From: Podarcis liolepis
Taxonomy: Eukaryota
Assembly (NCBI GenBank): GCA_965112155.1
Contig: OZ218104.1
Direction: 5' to 3' (one strand)
DNA: 64,000 nucleotides
Position numbers and translations under genes: made by a program. The notes beneath the pieces were generated by a model that was given only the letters and a program-made list of their open reading frames with translations, did no database searches and was not told where the DNA came from. Of the stretch, positions 1-12,652 are shown piece after piece (the first letter of the stretch is position 1; each line of letters begins with the position of its first letter).

Positions 1-1867
1 TTCTGCCCTGCTTCCTGACCAGAACCTGGTACCTCTCTCAAACCATGTGATATTAGCACATACACAGAAACATAGGGAGCAGATTCACCCATTCAGAACA
101 GGTGGTATAGTCCTGCTCATTGTTTCTCTACTTGCCTCCTGTGAGTTTTTACTGGTTGTTTCAAACATTCTTGTTAAATTCAAAACATCAGATAAAAAGC
201 TCTAACGTTTTGGCTTAAATATTTGTTTATTTTTTAAATAAAACATTTAAAACAACCAGTAAAAACTCACAGGAGAATGAGTAAGACAATGTCCTGAATG
301 GTTGAATCTGCCTTGTATGTGTTTTTATGACTTCCTGTTGCTTACAGGAAGCAAGAGCAGGCAGGACTATACCACATGCCTACTCCCCACTCCATATGTT
401 GGAATATTATTTGTTATTTTCTCTCTGCAGCCCACAGGAGCTCACCACAAGGGGGATGCACCACGCAGATTAAGAGTTTCCTGGTTCAAGGACCAACTCA
501 ATGATGGAGAGTTTATGGCCTGCCAAATGTTGTTGGACTCCAGTTCCCATCAACCCCAGTGGTTGACCAGTGGTTCAAAGATTATTGAAGCTGTAGTCTG
601 ACAACATCTGGAGAGCCACAAGTTCCTCATCCCTGCCCTAACTGATGCTAACAAACCCTTGGCCCCCTTTTCCAGAAAGGAAAATTCACCTTGGAACTCT
701 CATCTTGCATTGAGACATACAGTTGTGATGGAGAAACTGGAGAATCGTAAGTGGCCACCCTAGAGGTCTTGCCTCTAGCCAATCCCCTGAGCTCCCACAG
801 TGCCATCCTCCCACCCAGATGCCCATGCATTGGGCATGGCCTGTGTGGACATTTGCAAAGGGAGACCTCCATGCATAGGCATGTGCAAAGGAGGCTCTGC
901 TCTTCGTCCTGTGTACCTTCTTGTCACCTGGTAAATTCCAGTCCTCCAGCAGCTCTGGCTCCAGAATATTGTCAGAGGCAGCCGTGCAGCATCCCTTAAG
1001 CATGCCAGTTTTCTCAATGGTTGCTTGATATAGCCAGAAAATAAACGCAACCTAAATAATGTTTAATTGACAGAACAGATTGTTTATTCTCAAATAATAG
1101 CACTAAATTGCAGCGCTTAAAAAGTAGTTAGTTGCTATCAGCCCATTATGGCAGCTGGAGTCTCATATATTTTTCCCCCTTCTCCAAGACCAGGCAGATG
1201 TAAAAACAAACTGTAGCCTAGTAGCCTGAAACTACTTGCGTAAAATGTTTGGCTCCCTGCCTCCAGATGTTTTTGCACTAATCTCTGTTACAGCTGTCAG
1301 CCTCCGCCTGGCATTGGGATAGAAAGTGTGCTCTGGGCTGAATCCCTATTGGAACAAGTTTCTCAGGGTTTGGCATCGTTTTCTTGCAAAGAACACAGCC
1401 CCATAAAGCTTCAGTGTTGAATGAATGGACTTGAACCAAGCAAAACCGAGGTTTTAGTGGCAAAAGAGCAATCCTGAAAATAAAATGGTGTGTGCATGTA
1501 TCTCTTCCTGTATAAGGAAAAATGCAAGGCTGTTGTCATGCTGTCATTCACATTGCTCCCAATAGGTGGCCCGGGCAACCCCAGGATGAGGACAGGGTGG
1601 TTGGTCGCCCAGGCAATCTGTTTAGTTGGGAGGTGCTTCATAAAGAAGTCAAACCACTCCCTGAATGCCAAACCACTCCCTGAAGCACTTACCCTCTCCT
1701 TTAAAAGAAGTTGGGGCAAGTTCTGAGGGGAAGGGGAGGGGATTCAGAAAAACTGGGAGAGGGACTTTGGGAAAACTGTGGGGAAAGAAAGGAGAGCAAA
1801 CTATGAGGAGATTGCTGATGTAGTGGTAAGTGTAAAGGCGGGGATTTGTTCAAAAGTAAAAGGAGGG

Positions 1868-2224
1868 GGGACACGGGTGGTGCTGTGGGTTAAACCACAG
1901 AGCCTAGGGCTTGCCGCTCAAAAGGTTGGTGGTTCAAATCCCCGCAACGGGGTGAGCTCCTGTTGCTCAGTCCCAGCTCCTGCCAACCTAGCAGTTCGAA
2001 AGCATGTCAAAGTGCAAGTAGATAAATAGTTACCACTCCGGCAGGAAGGTAAACGGTGTTTCCGTGTGCTGCTCTGGTTTGCCAGAAGCGGCTTAGTCAT
2101 GCTGGCCACATGACCCGGAAGCTGAATGCTGGCTCCCTCGGCCAATAAAGCGAGATGAACACCGCAACCCCAGAGTCGGCCACGACTGGACCTAATGGTG
2201 AGGGGTCCCTTTACCTTTACCTTT
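1868..2224 (+). mobile_element. Sauria SINE
   Basis: tRNA-like head (GGTGGTGCTGTGGGTTAAACC; GGTTCAAATCCC), Bov-B-like 3' segment, (ACCTTT)n tail, flanking TSD TAAAAGGAGGG. Confidence 0.92.
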
Positions 2225-2844
2225 AAAAGGAGGGGGTTGGGGCTGGTATGGGGGAAGGATCTTGGGTTTCTTCCCCTCATGAACTCTGATCCAGAGCCTC
2301 ATATGTGCTCCAACAGTTACCTGAAGCACCACTAGCACATGGAGCTTCATAAATTTGCTCCCAATGACATTGCTCCCAAGCATTGCTAAATTGGAGGCGG
2401 AAACCTGGAACTCCAAAATCAGAAAGCTGGAGGGGGGGGGGAATTTACATTTACAGGCTGGAACATGTCCTGTTTCCCCCACTTTTGGAGAATTTTCTGG
2501 TTTAATAGGCACCTTTCTAGCTTTGAATCAAAGGGCATGTGTGTAGCAGGAGCAGATTGTCTACAGGGGCAAAGCCGTAACCTTCCAGTAGGGTGCCAGT
2601 GGTGCTCACTGGGATACAGAGGGGTGAGGTGAGGCTGGCATTATGTGGGCATCTATACATTTAATTCGCAAATGCACATTTTATGGATTTTTTTTTAAAA
2701 AAAATCTGGACCTTCTTTTTGGTCCCCTTTCTTGGGCAATACATAAGTGACCACGATGGATCGGCAGATATGTCAATTTCAGTTTGTCTGTTTCTCATTC
2801 TTCCAGTCTTAAATACAGTTCTTCACATTTCCACATCAGTTTGC

Positions 2845-3003
2845 TGCTGTATTTTCAGTAAGTTTCTTGGGCTTTTTTAAACCCCTCCTCTGTATCTGTG
2901 TTTTATTTTTCTGCTTTTACATTTATCTTTATTCGCTGTGTCCATCATTTTATTGTATTCTGTATGTGTTTATGCCAATAAGCTTTTAAGAAATAAAATA
3001 AAA
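2845..3003 (+). mobile_element. Short retroposed 3' end with A-rich tail
   Basis: 10-bp TSD ATCAGTTTGC at 2835-2844 and 3004-3013. Ends in aaataaaataaaa. Confidence 0.6.
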
Positions 3004-4635
3004 ATCAGTTTGCAAAGCCTTTTTAAAAAATCTTTCCTGAAAATTCACCCGCATCTTAAAGCACATTTCTCCTAATAGGCACCTTTTTAAAATATGCAGT
3101 TGTGCCTAATAGACACACCATTGCGAAGAAATTTCCCCTAATACGTAATAACATGTCTTCTCATGCTCTTTATGTGGCTGTATGCATCTTTATTCACATT
3201 TTACCCTAGTGTGCACATTCTCGTACTGATGCCTTAGCTAGAGAACTGCACTGTAAATTTCCATTCATGCATCGTTTTTTGGAAAGAGTAAATCTGGTAG
3301 CTTCACCTTTAAATGTGATCTGAATCAAATTTCTCCCTCATTTTTAGTGGCCACCTTAAACTGCTCTGAGGCAAAGGAATGTTGGTATTATTGCTTCACC
3401 TACACCTCCTCTCCCTGCAACACTCACTACATCACAAATAGTTCCATGTAGTCAGGGGCGGGCAGCTTTCCTAAAACGCACACCTCCATCTTGGCTCAGC
3501 CCTCAAAACGTTTCCTTCCAATCTTGCCTTCTCTTCTTAAAACGAAAAGCCTATAAATTGTACCAGACTGAACAGAGATCCCGGATTTCTTTAATGAGTT
3601 CTGCTGAATCCTTCAAAGCTGAGGGGTAGAAATAATTCAGATCTTAAACGAAATAAAGTTTAAAAATGCGATGAAATGAAACAACCAACCAACAGGGTGA
3701 CTGAAGCATTTGCACAATGTGCAATACCTCAGTTTGCATAAAAAAGAAAAGAAAAGGCAAATGACCAGGTTCTAAATATAGCCATTTGTGGGAGACTCTT
3801 GGCAAGGAGTCGAAAGCATTTGGTTTGCCGGTTTGGTTGAGCTTGAAAAACAGTCAAGCCCCACAGTGTAAACAAAAAGCAGCTGTTTGCGCTGAGCTTC
3901 TGCCCCTGGTAACTCCTTGCAGTAGTTCTGCTCTGCCTCAACCCCATCCAAAAACCGTAAAGTGAAACTGGGATCAAACTCTATGGAACGGGACTCACAT
4001 CTTATTCATTCACCATGAAGCAATTGCTCAATGTTAAGCTTGCTGTGCACGGCGGTGAAGTTCTGTACTTTGCTGAAGGCTTCCCTCTATTTGAAGTATT
4101 ATCAGAAGCAATGGAGGCTGTCCCATCAGGGCAAATGGGGCATTGCAAGTTTGTCCACTCGACCGCTTTGATCTGCAGAACTGGCATCATCACAACAGCG
4201 GCTCTGTTGTGAATAGCCTCTTCGCTTAACCTAAGTTTTACACAGGTGGCTTTTTTGAATTTTATGGCCATTGAGCCCCACTAAGCATGAAATCCACTTC
4301 TGCAATAGATGCTAGATGCCATCCAGCCTCTTCTTTGAGATCTCTAGTGCAGTGGTGGTTGCTGCCCATTGAGACTGGTAGGGACTTTCTAGTTTGGGTA
4401 AAAGGCAAGTGAGAGGTGACTTGATAGAAGTTTATAATATTAGATGTGGCATGGAGAAAGGAGAGAGAGAGAGAGAGAAGTTTTTCTCCTCTCATAATAA
4501 ACTCCTGGACATCCCTTGAAGCTGAATGTTGGAGGCTTCAGAAGAAAGAAAATTCTTCTTCACATAGTGCATAGTTAAACTGTGGAACTCTCTCCCACAG
4601 GAGGCAGCGAAGGCCAACTTAGAAATGCATAAGCC

Positions 4636-4779
4636 NNNNNNNNNNNNNNNNNNNNNNNNNNNNNNNNNNNNNNNNNNNNNNNNNNNNNNNNNNNNNNNNN
4701 NNNNNNNNNNNNNNNNNNNNNNNNNNNNNNNNNNNNNNNNNNNNNNNNNNNNNNNNNNNNNNNNNNNNNNNNNNNNNNN
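4636..4779. other. Assembly gap
   Basis: Run of N. Confidence 1.
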
Positions 4780-5297
4780 CAGTACATTCATCTAAATGTT
4801 TTATTTATACATTGTGTATGGTATACACCCACCAATAACACACTTTTATTGTATCAACGACACCGGTACAAAAATAGAGTCTGGAAGAGCGCCCATTCAC
4901 AACAGACTTGGAGAGGGGGAACCCAGCTGGTGTGGCAATCCGGGGACATTTACAAATAAAATAACCCATTGAGAATGGGGAACATACAGGTCTTCAAGAA
5001 TCAGTGGAGAAAGCAAGTCAAGCTTAAAGCAATTTGGCCTAATTAGAAAACAAAGTATTTAAATATTTGTGGGCTGACTTTACAAGCCCAGATTTCTGCT
5101 TCTTCACACTTTCAAGATGTTCTGCATTTGGGGAAAAGAAATCCAGGACTTTTGGCCTTCGCTAGTTGCCAGCTGTCTCCATCCACCCTGGCTCAGCAGC
5201 CCCGTCTACGAAGGACTTTATTAGTCTTTTCTTACTTTTAGTCTAGTGGTTTTACTCCAAGCCTTGTCCAAGCTTCTTCTTGGTACTGATGCCAGAT

Positions 5298-5495
5298 GTT
5301 GTTGTTTAGTTGTTTAGTTGTGTCCGACTCTTCGTGACCCCATGGACCAGAGCACGCCAGGCACTCCTGTCTTCCACTACCTCCCGCAGTTTGGTCAGAC
5401 TCACGTTTGTAGCTTCGAGAACACTGTCCAACCATCTCATCCTCTGTCGTCCCCTTCTCCTTGTGCCCTTCATCTTTCCCAGCATCAGGGTCTTT
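5298..5495 (-). mobile_element. Bov-B/RTE LINE 3' fragment
   Basis: Encodes KTLMLGK..G.RRRGRQRMRWLD...WRALVHGVTKSRT, the Bov-B C-terminus. (CAA)n-like tail. 12-bp TSD CTGATGCCAGAT at 5286-5297 and 5496-5507. Confidence 0.93.
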
Positions 5496-6801
5496 CTGAT
5501 GCCAGATATAAGAGAAATATAAGACAACAACTCCCCAACCCTCGCGAAACTGTTTAATGGTAAACCATTTTACTTGTTCGTCGCTCAGAAAACATTTTTG
5601 AGGAGCAACTCATAAATACAATAAATAATGCTTACCTTTCCACGAAGAATGTTCTGACTGAGTGCTTCATAAATGCCTTCTCTTAATTTAAGCCTCACAA
5701 TACCCTGTAAAGGTAGGTCAGCATCATTGTCCCCATATTGCTAATGGGAGGACTGAGGCTGAGAGAGAGACTTGCGCAATGACATCCAAAGAACGTATGG
5801 CAGAGATAAGATGAGACTTCCTGCTTCATATTTTAGGCTGCAATCCAAAACCAACTTACCTGGGAGTAAGCTCCATTGGACTCAATGGAGCTTACTTCTG
5901 GCTTAGTGATGCATAGGATTGCTCTGTTGGCCGCTTGGCAGTTAATACTCACCCAGATCTTGAAATGGGATTGCTCAAGGCTACCCTCCAAAACCATCAG
6001 AAGCAGCTGAAGAATGTACAGTAGCTGAGGTTTTGGTCCTTTCTATGTGGGTGGTGAGTCAAAAGCACAGAAAAATGGGAGAGGGAGGTGGTTGTGTAAT
6101 AGAGGCTTAGTGCTGAAATGAGAATTGTTGGCATAGCACAGGCTCAGAAGGCTCTTCAGAACACTCTGCAAAGTCACTTAGGGATGTCGGGAGGGGGATA
6201 ACTGTAACAAGATCCAGCGAGTGAGGTCTGCTGCTTTGCAAGCAGGAAGAAAATTTCCCCCCATGTTAGATTCTCAATAATTTTCACAAATTGCTTTTAT
6301 CGCTTAAAATGCGGCGTGGGGATCTTTCCACCCACCAACTGTTCCTAGACTCCAAAGCCCACCACCCCTGACCATTGGGCATGCTGGTCGGGGACTGTTG
6401 GGCACTGTGGCCCTCCAGATGTTGTGGAACTCTGGCTCCCATCAGACCTGGCCAGCATGGCATGTGGTGAGGAGAGTTGGGATTCCCACAGCATCCAGAG
6501 AGTGACCCCTGATTTAAATCTAAAGTTTAAATCAGACCAACGAATGTCATGGATTGTTCATTTCTCTGCAGAGCTGGAAACTCAGATGTAGGATGCCTCT
6601 AACAGTGATGGTAGAGAGCAGCTATCACAGCCAGTAGCTGCTGAGAACGTTGTCCACTATGAAATTGTCCAATCCTCTTTTAGGCCATCCAAGTTGGTGG
6701 CTCCTGTGGAAATGAGTTCCATAGTTTCTATGCACTGTGTAAATATGTCTCTTATTGCGTACACCAGGATCTGCCTGCAGACCTTGGAGTGAATTGCAAT
6801 A

Positions 6802-7040
6802 CAGTGGTACCTCAGGCTAAGTACTTAATTTGTTCCGGAGGTCCGTAGTTAACCTGAAACTGTTCTTAACCTGAAGCACCACTTTAGCTAATGGGGCCTC
6901 CCGCTGCCGCCGTGCTGCCAGAGCACGATTTCTGTTCTCATCCTGAAGCAAAGTTCTTAACCCGAGGTACTATTTCTGGGTTAGCGGAGTCTGTAACCTG
7001 AAGCATGTGTAACCTGAAGCCTATGTAACCCGAGGTACCA
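6802..7040. mobile_element. Tigger/pogo-like (TcMar) MITE
   Basis: TA-CAGTGGTACCTC left end, GAGGTACCA right end, internal repeated aacctgaagc motifs. Confidence 0.8.
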
Positions 7041-7349
7041 AATACCAGAGGTTTTGACTGCCAACAGATTAACAGTTGCTACGGCATTTTCTGCTAAATT
7101 AGGCTGCAGAAATTAAGAATTAATTTCCAGACTGATGGAAACTAATGGACAAGGCTGACTCAGGTCCATTAATTTCAGTAGGTCTACTCTGAGGAGAAAT
7201 TAACTGGAGACATGCTTGTGTTGTTTTTCTGTGTCTTGATCCCTCTCCTCAGGCCGTCAACTTTCAAAACAGCTGCAGAAATCATGTCCTCAGCCAGGTT
7301 TGTTTTGAGTGATGGCCGGGTAGGGTTGGGGGGAGCGGAGAGAAATCAA

Positions 7350-7580
7350 CAGCCACAGTGGTATAGTGGTTAGAGTGTTGGATTAGAACCTGGGAGACCA
7401 GGGTTTGAATCCCCGCTTGGCCACAATGCGCACTGGGTTACCTTGGGCCAGACACTGTTTCTCAGCCTAACCTACCTCACAGGATTGTTGTGAAGATTTA
7501 AATGAGGAGAACCATGTACACCAACTTGAGCTCCTTGAAGCAAAAAGTGAGATACAAATGCAATAACTAAATAAATAAAT
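7350..7580 (+). mobile_element. Older MIR/CORE-like SINE
   Basis: A box gtggtatagtggttagag, B box ggtttgaatccc, core ccttgggcca...ctcagcctaacctacctcacagg, (AAAT)n tail. Confidence 0.75.
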
Positions 7581-8931
7581 TACAGACAGAGACTATTGCG
7601 TGGATAAATGGGTCTTTTTCTTTCCTTTTCCTTTTCTTTTAAAAACCCATTTATGTTACAAATTACCCCTCACTTTTGAACAGTAAATTATTTTTATTAT
7701 TAGCTAGGGCATGGCGCTGCAATTATTACCTGCCCTGTGTCGAAAGGTTTTTTGCAATTAGGAGTCTGGGGTGGCAGAACTATGATATAGAGAGATAATA
7801 TATGTCCGGCTCGAGACAAAGGGATGGTCTCAAGATGCGTTTTTAGTATGTATCCCAGGGAGTCGGGAAAAGCGGGTGGGTTGCTCTTAAACATTTCAAT
7901 TAGCCTTGACATGGCCTCTGTGAGCCCACCGATTATTCCTGCCTCACCGTTAAGTTTTTACGAGGCTTTTCGCGTAGATTACCCCTCCCTACAATGATCT
8001 ATAAATCTCCCTTAGCAGCCTATGATTAGGGCTTCCTGCACACAAAAGTCTTAAATTAATAAAAGAGGTGCTATTGTAAAGATGAGCATCCTTCAACCAT
8101 TATTTTATAACAATAACAACAACAATCTCTGTCTAAATATATTTTCCGGGAAGGAGATGAGTTGTTCTTTTTAAGAGGTGTTTGGGCATGCACCACCCCC
8201 CTTTTCCTTTTCTTCAGTGGGTTATAAGAACAAATCCCAAGGGAGATGTTGCCTTTTAAATAAGAATTGTCCAAGACTCAGGAATCTGTGGCACCATCAG
8301 GGTCAGCTTCTGATGTTTCTATGACTGGGGCAGTTGTCTGGAGCCCTGTGGAGCAGAAAGAACCAGAGGGTCTCTAAATGCAGCAAGATGGACCAAGGTG
8401 CCCACCTGTGCATTGCTAAAAACTGTGTCCCTGTGCAATCTGCTGTTCTGGTGCAAGCTACTGATGGGCAACTTCAAGGCTTCTCTCTTAGGGTCCTTTA
8501 TCTTTAAGCAGAGCCCCTCAAATAGAAAACTGCTGTAAAGTGGGACACACGGCAACCTTAGGGATGTAGCGTCCCACATTTTAATACAGAATCATCAAAT
8601 AGGAAGGGGCCCCAAATACCATCCAGTCCAAGCCACTGATGAGGCAGATGCAGATTCCTGCTGAGACCATTCAGTCCAAAGTCTAGAGTTACCTAATGGC
8701 ATCATTCTCATGTTATCATTTATTATTGGATTTATATCCTGCCTTTCCTCCAAAAAGCTTAATTCATAGTGCTTCATGCACAGCCTGTTTGATCCACATG
8801 AGAACCCTGGCAGGTAGGCTAGTTCCCATTTCTCAGTCCAGAGTAACGTCACTCAGTAAGCTTCATGACTGAATGGGCATTTGAACACAGGAGTCTTCCC
8901 AGTCTTAGCCTATAAATACGGTACTACACTG

Positions 8932-9230
8932 AGGGCTTATCCACACTTACCTTTCCTCTGCTCTTTCCAGGCATGGTCCTCAATTTAAATCCCCAGGTGT
9001 GAGCACCCTCTCCCTTTTCGTTGTTCCAAAACTTGTTCTCTAAAGCTCACAGCAATTCACAGAAACCTGAATTGACGTTTGCTCTTATTGAGTGCTAAAG
9101 AGTGGGTTTTTGCATGGAAAGCTCTGGGGTAAAACAAACAAACAAAGACACACACACTTGGAAACAGAGCTTTTAATCACGGACCTGCGCCCAGAAACAG
9201 CAGGGCAAAAGGAAAGTGTGGCTAAGCTCT
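8932..9230. mobile_element. MITE-like element
   Basis: TIR agggcttatccacactt / aagtgtggctaagctct (15/17), with decayed internal fold-back. Confidence 0.6.
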
Positions 9231-9640
9231 AACTCTCCATATATGACCTTGGCAGTACATGGTGTCACAAAGTCACATCTTGCTGAAGTGAGGTATGTCT
9301 GGAACTGGTCACTGTACAGATTGAAAATGGCTTGGCAGCCCAATGCACAGAGTACAGTTCAGGTGGGATGGAAACAAAGGGATGGCAGAAGGGGGAAGGG
9401 CCATAACTCAGCAGCAGGGCATCTGATTGAAGGTCCAAGGCTCAACCCTCAGCATCGGCAGGGAGGGCTGGGAATGTCCCCATGTCTGAAACCCCAAACA
9501 GCTGCTGTCAGTCAGTGGAGAGTCAGCTCAGGCTGGATGGAGCAATGGTCTGACTCTGTATATGGCAGCTTTCCTCTGTTCCTAGGTTCCAGAATCTCAG
9601 AACGTTTAGTCAGTGAAAGTAAGGCAAATCTTCTCATTCT

Positions 9641-9667
9641 TAGAATCATAGAATCATAGAATCATAG
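9641..9667 (-). repeat. CR1 3' terminal octamer repeat (ATTCTATG)n
   Basis: Plus strand tagaatcatagaatcatagaatcatag, directly beyond the 3' stem-loop. Confidence 0.95.
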
Positions 9668-9725
9668 AGTTGGAAGAGACCACAAGGGCCATCGAGTCCA
9701 ACCCCCTGCCAAGCAGGAAACACCA

Positions 9726-12647
9726 TCAGAGCACTCCTGACATATGGTTGTCAAGCCTCTGCTTAAAGACCTCCAAAGTAGGAGACTCCACCACACTCCT
9801 TGGCAGCAAATTCCACTGTCGAACAGCTCTTACTGTCAGGAAGTTCTTCCTAATGTTTAGGTGGAATCTTCTTTCTTGTAGTTTGGATCCATTGCTCCGT
9901 GTCCGCTTCTCTGGAGCAGCAGAAAACAACCTTTCTCCCTCCTCTATGTGACATCCTTTTATATATTTGAACATGGCTATCATATCACCCCTTAACCTCC
10001 TCTTCTCCAGGCTAAACATGCCCAGCTCCCTTAGCCGTTCCTCATAAGGCATCGTTTCCAGGCCTTTGACCATTTTGGTTGCCCTCCTCTGGACACATTC
10101 CAGTTTGTCAGTGTCCTTCTTGAATTGTGGTGCCCAGAACTGGACACAGTACTCCAGGTGAGGTCTGACCAGAGCAGAATACAGTGGCACTATTACTTCC
10201 CTTGATCTAGATGCTATGCTCCTATTGATGCAGCCCAGAATTGCATTGGCTTTTTTAGCTGCCGCGTCACACTGTTGGCTCATGTCAAGTTTGTGGTCAA
10301 CCAAGACTCCTAGATCCTTTTCACATGTACTGCTCTCAAGCCAGGTGTCACCCATCTTGTATTTGTGCCTCTCATTTTTTTTGCCCAAGTGCAATACTTT
10401 ACATTTCTCCCTGTTAAAATTCATCTTGTTTGCTTTTGCCCAGTTCTCTAATCTGTCAAGGTCGTTTTGAAGTGTGATCCTGTCCTCTGGGGTGTTAGCC
10501 ACCCCTCCCAGTTTGGTGTCATCTGCAAATTTGATCAGGATGCCCTTGAGTCCATCATCCAAGTCGTTGATAAAGATGTTGAATAAGACCGGGCCCAAGA
10601 CAGAACCTTGTGGCACCCCACTAGTCACTCTTCTCCAGGATGAAGAGGAACCATTGATGAGCACCCTTTGGGTTCGGTCAGTCAGCCAGTTACAAATCCA
10701 CTGAGTGGTAGCATAGTCAAGACCGCATTTTACCAGCTTCTTTACAAGAATATCATGGGGCACCTTGTCAAATGCCTTGCTGAAATCAAGGTAGGCTACA
10801 TCCACTGCGTTCCCTTCATCTACCAGGCTTGTAATTCTGTCAAAAAACGAGATCAGGTTAGTCTGACATGACTTATTTTTCAGAAATCCATGCTGACTGT
10901 TGGTGATCACAGCATTCCTTTCTAGGTGCTCACAGACTGTTTGCTTAATGATCTGCTCCAGAATCTTCCCTGGTATTGATGTCAGACTGACTGGGCGGTA
11001 ATTATTTGGGTCCTCTCTTTTCCCCTTTTTGAAAATAGGGACAACATTTGCCCTCCTCCAGTCTGCCGGGACTTCGCCTGTTCTCCAGGAATTCTCAAAG
11101 ATGACTGCCAGTGGTTCTGAGATCACATCTGCCAGTTCTTTTAATACTCTTGGATGCAGTTCATCTGGCCCTGGAGACTTGAATACATCTAAACTAGCCA
11201 AGTATTCTTGTACTATCTCCTTAGTTATTCTGGGCTGTGTTTCCTCTGCTGAATCATTTGCTCCAAATTCTTCAGGTCGGGCATTGTTTCCTTTATCGGA
11301 GAAGACTGAGGCAAAGAAGGCATTGAGGAGTTCAGCCCTTTCTGTGTCCCCTGTTTGCATTTCACCATCTTCTCCTCTGAGTGACCCCACTGTTTCTTTG
11401 TTCTTCCTTTTGCTACGAACATACCCATAAAAGCCTTTTTTGTTGCTTTTAACCTCTCTAGCAAGCCTGAGTTCATTCTGTGCTTTAGCTTTTCTGACTT
11501 TGTGTCTACACGTGCTGGCTATTTGTTTGAATTCCTCTTTGGTGGTTTCCCCCCTTTTCCATTTTTTGTACACATCCTTTTTTAATCTTAACTCAGTTAA
11601 AAGTTCTTTAGATAGCCACCCTGGCTTCTTTAAGCACCTTCCATGTTTCCGTCTCATTGGTATTGCCTGACGTTGTGCTTTTACTATCTCCCTCTTAACA
11701 AACTCCCAGCCATCATGAACTCCCTTTCCTTTTAGTATTACTGTCCATGGGATCTCACCCAGCACTTCCCTAAGTTTTATGAAGTCGGCTTTCTTAAAGT
11801 CAAGAAATTGAGTCCTAGTATGCTTGGCTGCTCCTTTCCGCTGTATAGTAAACTTCAGAAGAGCATGATCACTCGCGCCTAATGATCCTTCCACTTCTAC
11901 CCCACTAACCAGGTCATCAACATTGGTTAGGACCAGATCTAAAATGGCTGTTCCTCTTGTTGCTTCTCTCACTTTCTGGACAATGAAGTTGTCTGCAAGG
12001 CCAGTGAGGAATCTGTTTGACCTTATGCTCTTGGCTGAGTTTGGCATCCAACAAATATCCGAGTAATTGAAGTCCCCCATTACTACTATCTCCCTTCCTT
12101 TTGCATGCTTGGCCATCTGTTCCAGGAAGGCATCATCTATGTCCTCCGTTTGGCTTGGGGATCTATAGTAAACTCCCACAATGAGGTCTCTGTTATTCTT
12201 CTCTCCCTTAATTTTGACCCAAATGCTCTCACTTTGGCTTTGAGGTTCTAAATCTTGGATTTCTTCACAGGTATACACATCCCTGACATATAACGCCACT
12301 CCTCCTCCTTTCTTGTCTGGTCTGTTTCTCTGAAATAGATTGTATCCCCCCATTATTACATTCCAATCATGGGACTTATCCCACCAGGTTTCAGTGATGC
12401 CTATTATGTCATATTTAGTTTGCTGTACCAAGAGCTCAAGCTCATCTTGTTTATTTCCCATGCTTTGCGCATTAGTGTACAGACATTGAAGTCCATTAAT
12501 CATTCCCCCGTGTCTCTTATTTAAGGATTTTTTCCTCCCACCACTAGGTCTGCGTGCTGCTTGCTCCATTTGGTCTATGACATTTGGATGATCATCTTCA
12601 TCAATTGATAGACTCCTACCTTCAGGAGCACTGTCTCCCTCCCCCAC
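9726..12647 (-). CDS. CR1 ORF2 protein: apurinic-like endonuclease + reverse transcriptase
   Basis: 973-codon uninterrupted frame. APE motifs [39 protein letters not shown] motifs [39 protein letters not shown]. The track start is a GTG; the first in-frame ATG is at 12569. Confidence 0.97.
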   Translation of the reverse strand: MGEGDSAPEGRSLSIDEDDHPNVIDQMEQAARRPSGGRKKSLNKRHGGMINGLQCLYTNAQSMGNKQDELELLVQQTKYDIIGITETWWDKSHDWNVIMGGYNLFQRNRPDKKGGGVALYVRDVYTCEEIQDLEPQSQSESIWVKIKGEKNNRDLIVGVYYRSPSQTEDIDDAFLEQMAKHAKGREIVVMGDFNYSDICWMPNSAKSIRSNRFLTGLADNFIVQKVREATRGTAILDLVLTNVDDLVSGVEVEGSLGASDHALLKFTIQRKGAAKHTRTQFLDFKKADFIKLREVLGEIPWTVILKGKGVHDGWEFVKREIVKAQRQAIPMRRKHGRCLKKPGWLSKELLTELRLKKDVYKKWKRGETTKEEFKQIASTCRHKVRKAKAQNELRLAREVKSNKKGFYGYVRSKRKNKETVGSLRGEDGEMQTGDTERAELLNAFFASVFSDKGNNARPEEFGANDSAEETQPRITKEIVQEYLASLDVFKSPGPDELHPRVLKELADVISEPLAVIFENSWRTGEVPADWRRANVVPIFKKGKREDPNNYRPVSLTSIPGKILEQIIKQTVCEHLERNAVITNSQHGFLKNKSCQTNLISFFDRITSLVDEGNAVDVAYLDFSKAFDKVPHDILVKKLVKCGLDYATTQWICNWLTDRTQRVLINGSSSSWRRVTSGVPQGSVLGPVLFNIFINDLDDGLKGILIKFADDTKLGGVANTPEDRITLQNDLDRLENWAKANKMNFNREKCKVLHLGKKNERHKYKMGDTWLESSTCEKDLGVLVDHKLDMSQQCDAAAKKANAILGCINRSIASRSREVIVPLYSALVRPHLEYCVQFWAPQFKKDTDKLECVQRRATKMVKGLETMPYEERLRELGMFSLEKRRLRGDMIAMFKYIKGCHIEEGERLFSAAPEKRTRSNGSKLQERRFHLNIRKNFLTVRAVRQWNLLPRSVVESPTLEVFKQRLDNHMSGVL

Positions 12648-12652
12648 ATTAG

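Noticed and set aside
1778-2280. Recurrent peptide SCCSVPAPANLAVRKHVK in three places
   Set aside because: It is a translation of Sauria SINE copies, not a gene family.
4492-4791. ORFs spanning N runs (also 24623-24952)
   Set aside because: Artefacts of assembly gaps.
12599-12651. TAATG stop-start overlap as the ORF2 initiation mechanism
   Set aside because: The TAA is not the ORF1 stop, and the ATG is in the ORF1 frame, opening only a short ORF rather than ORF2.
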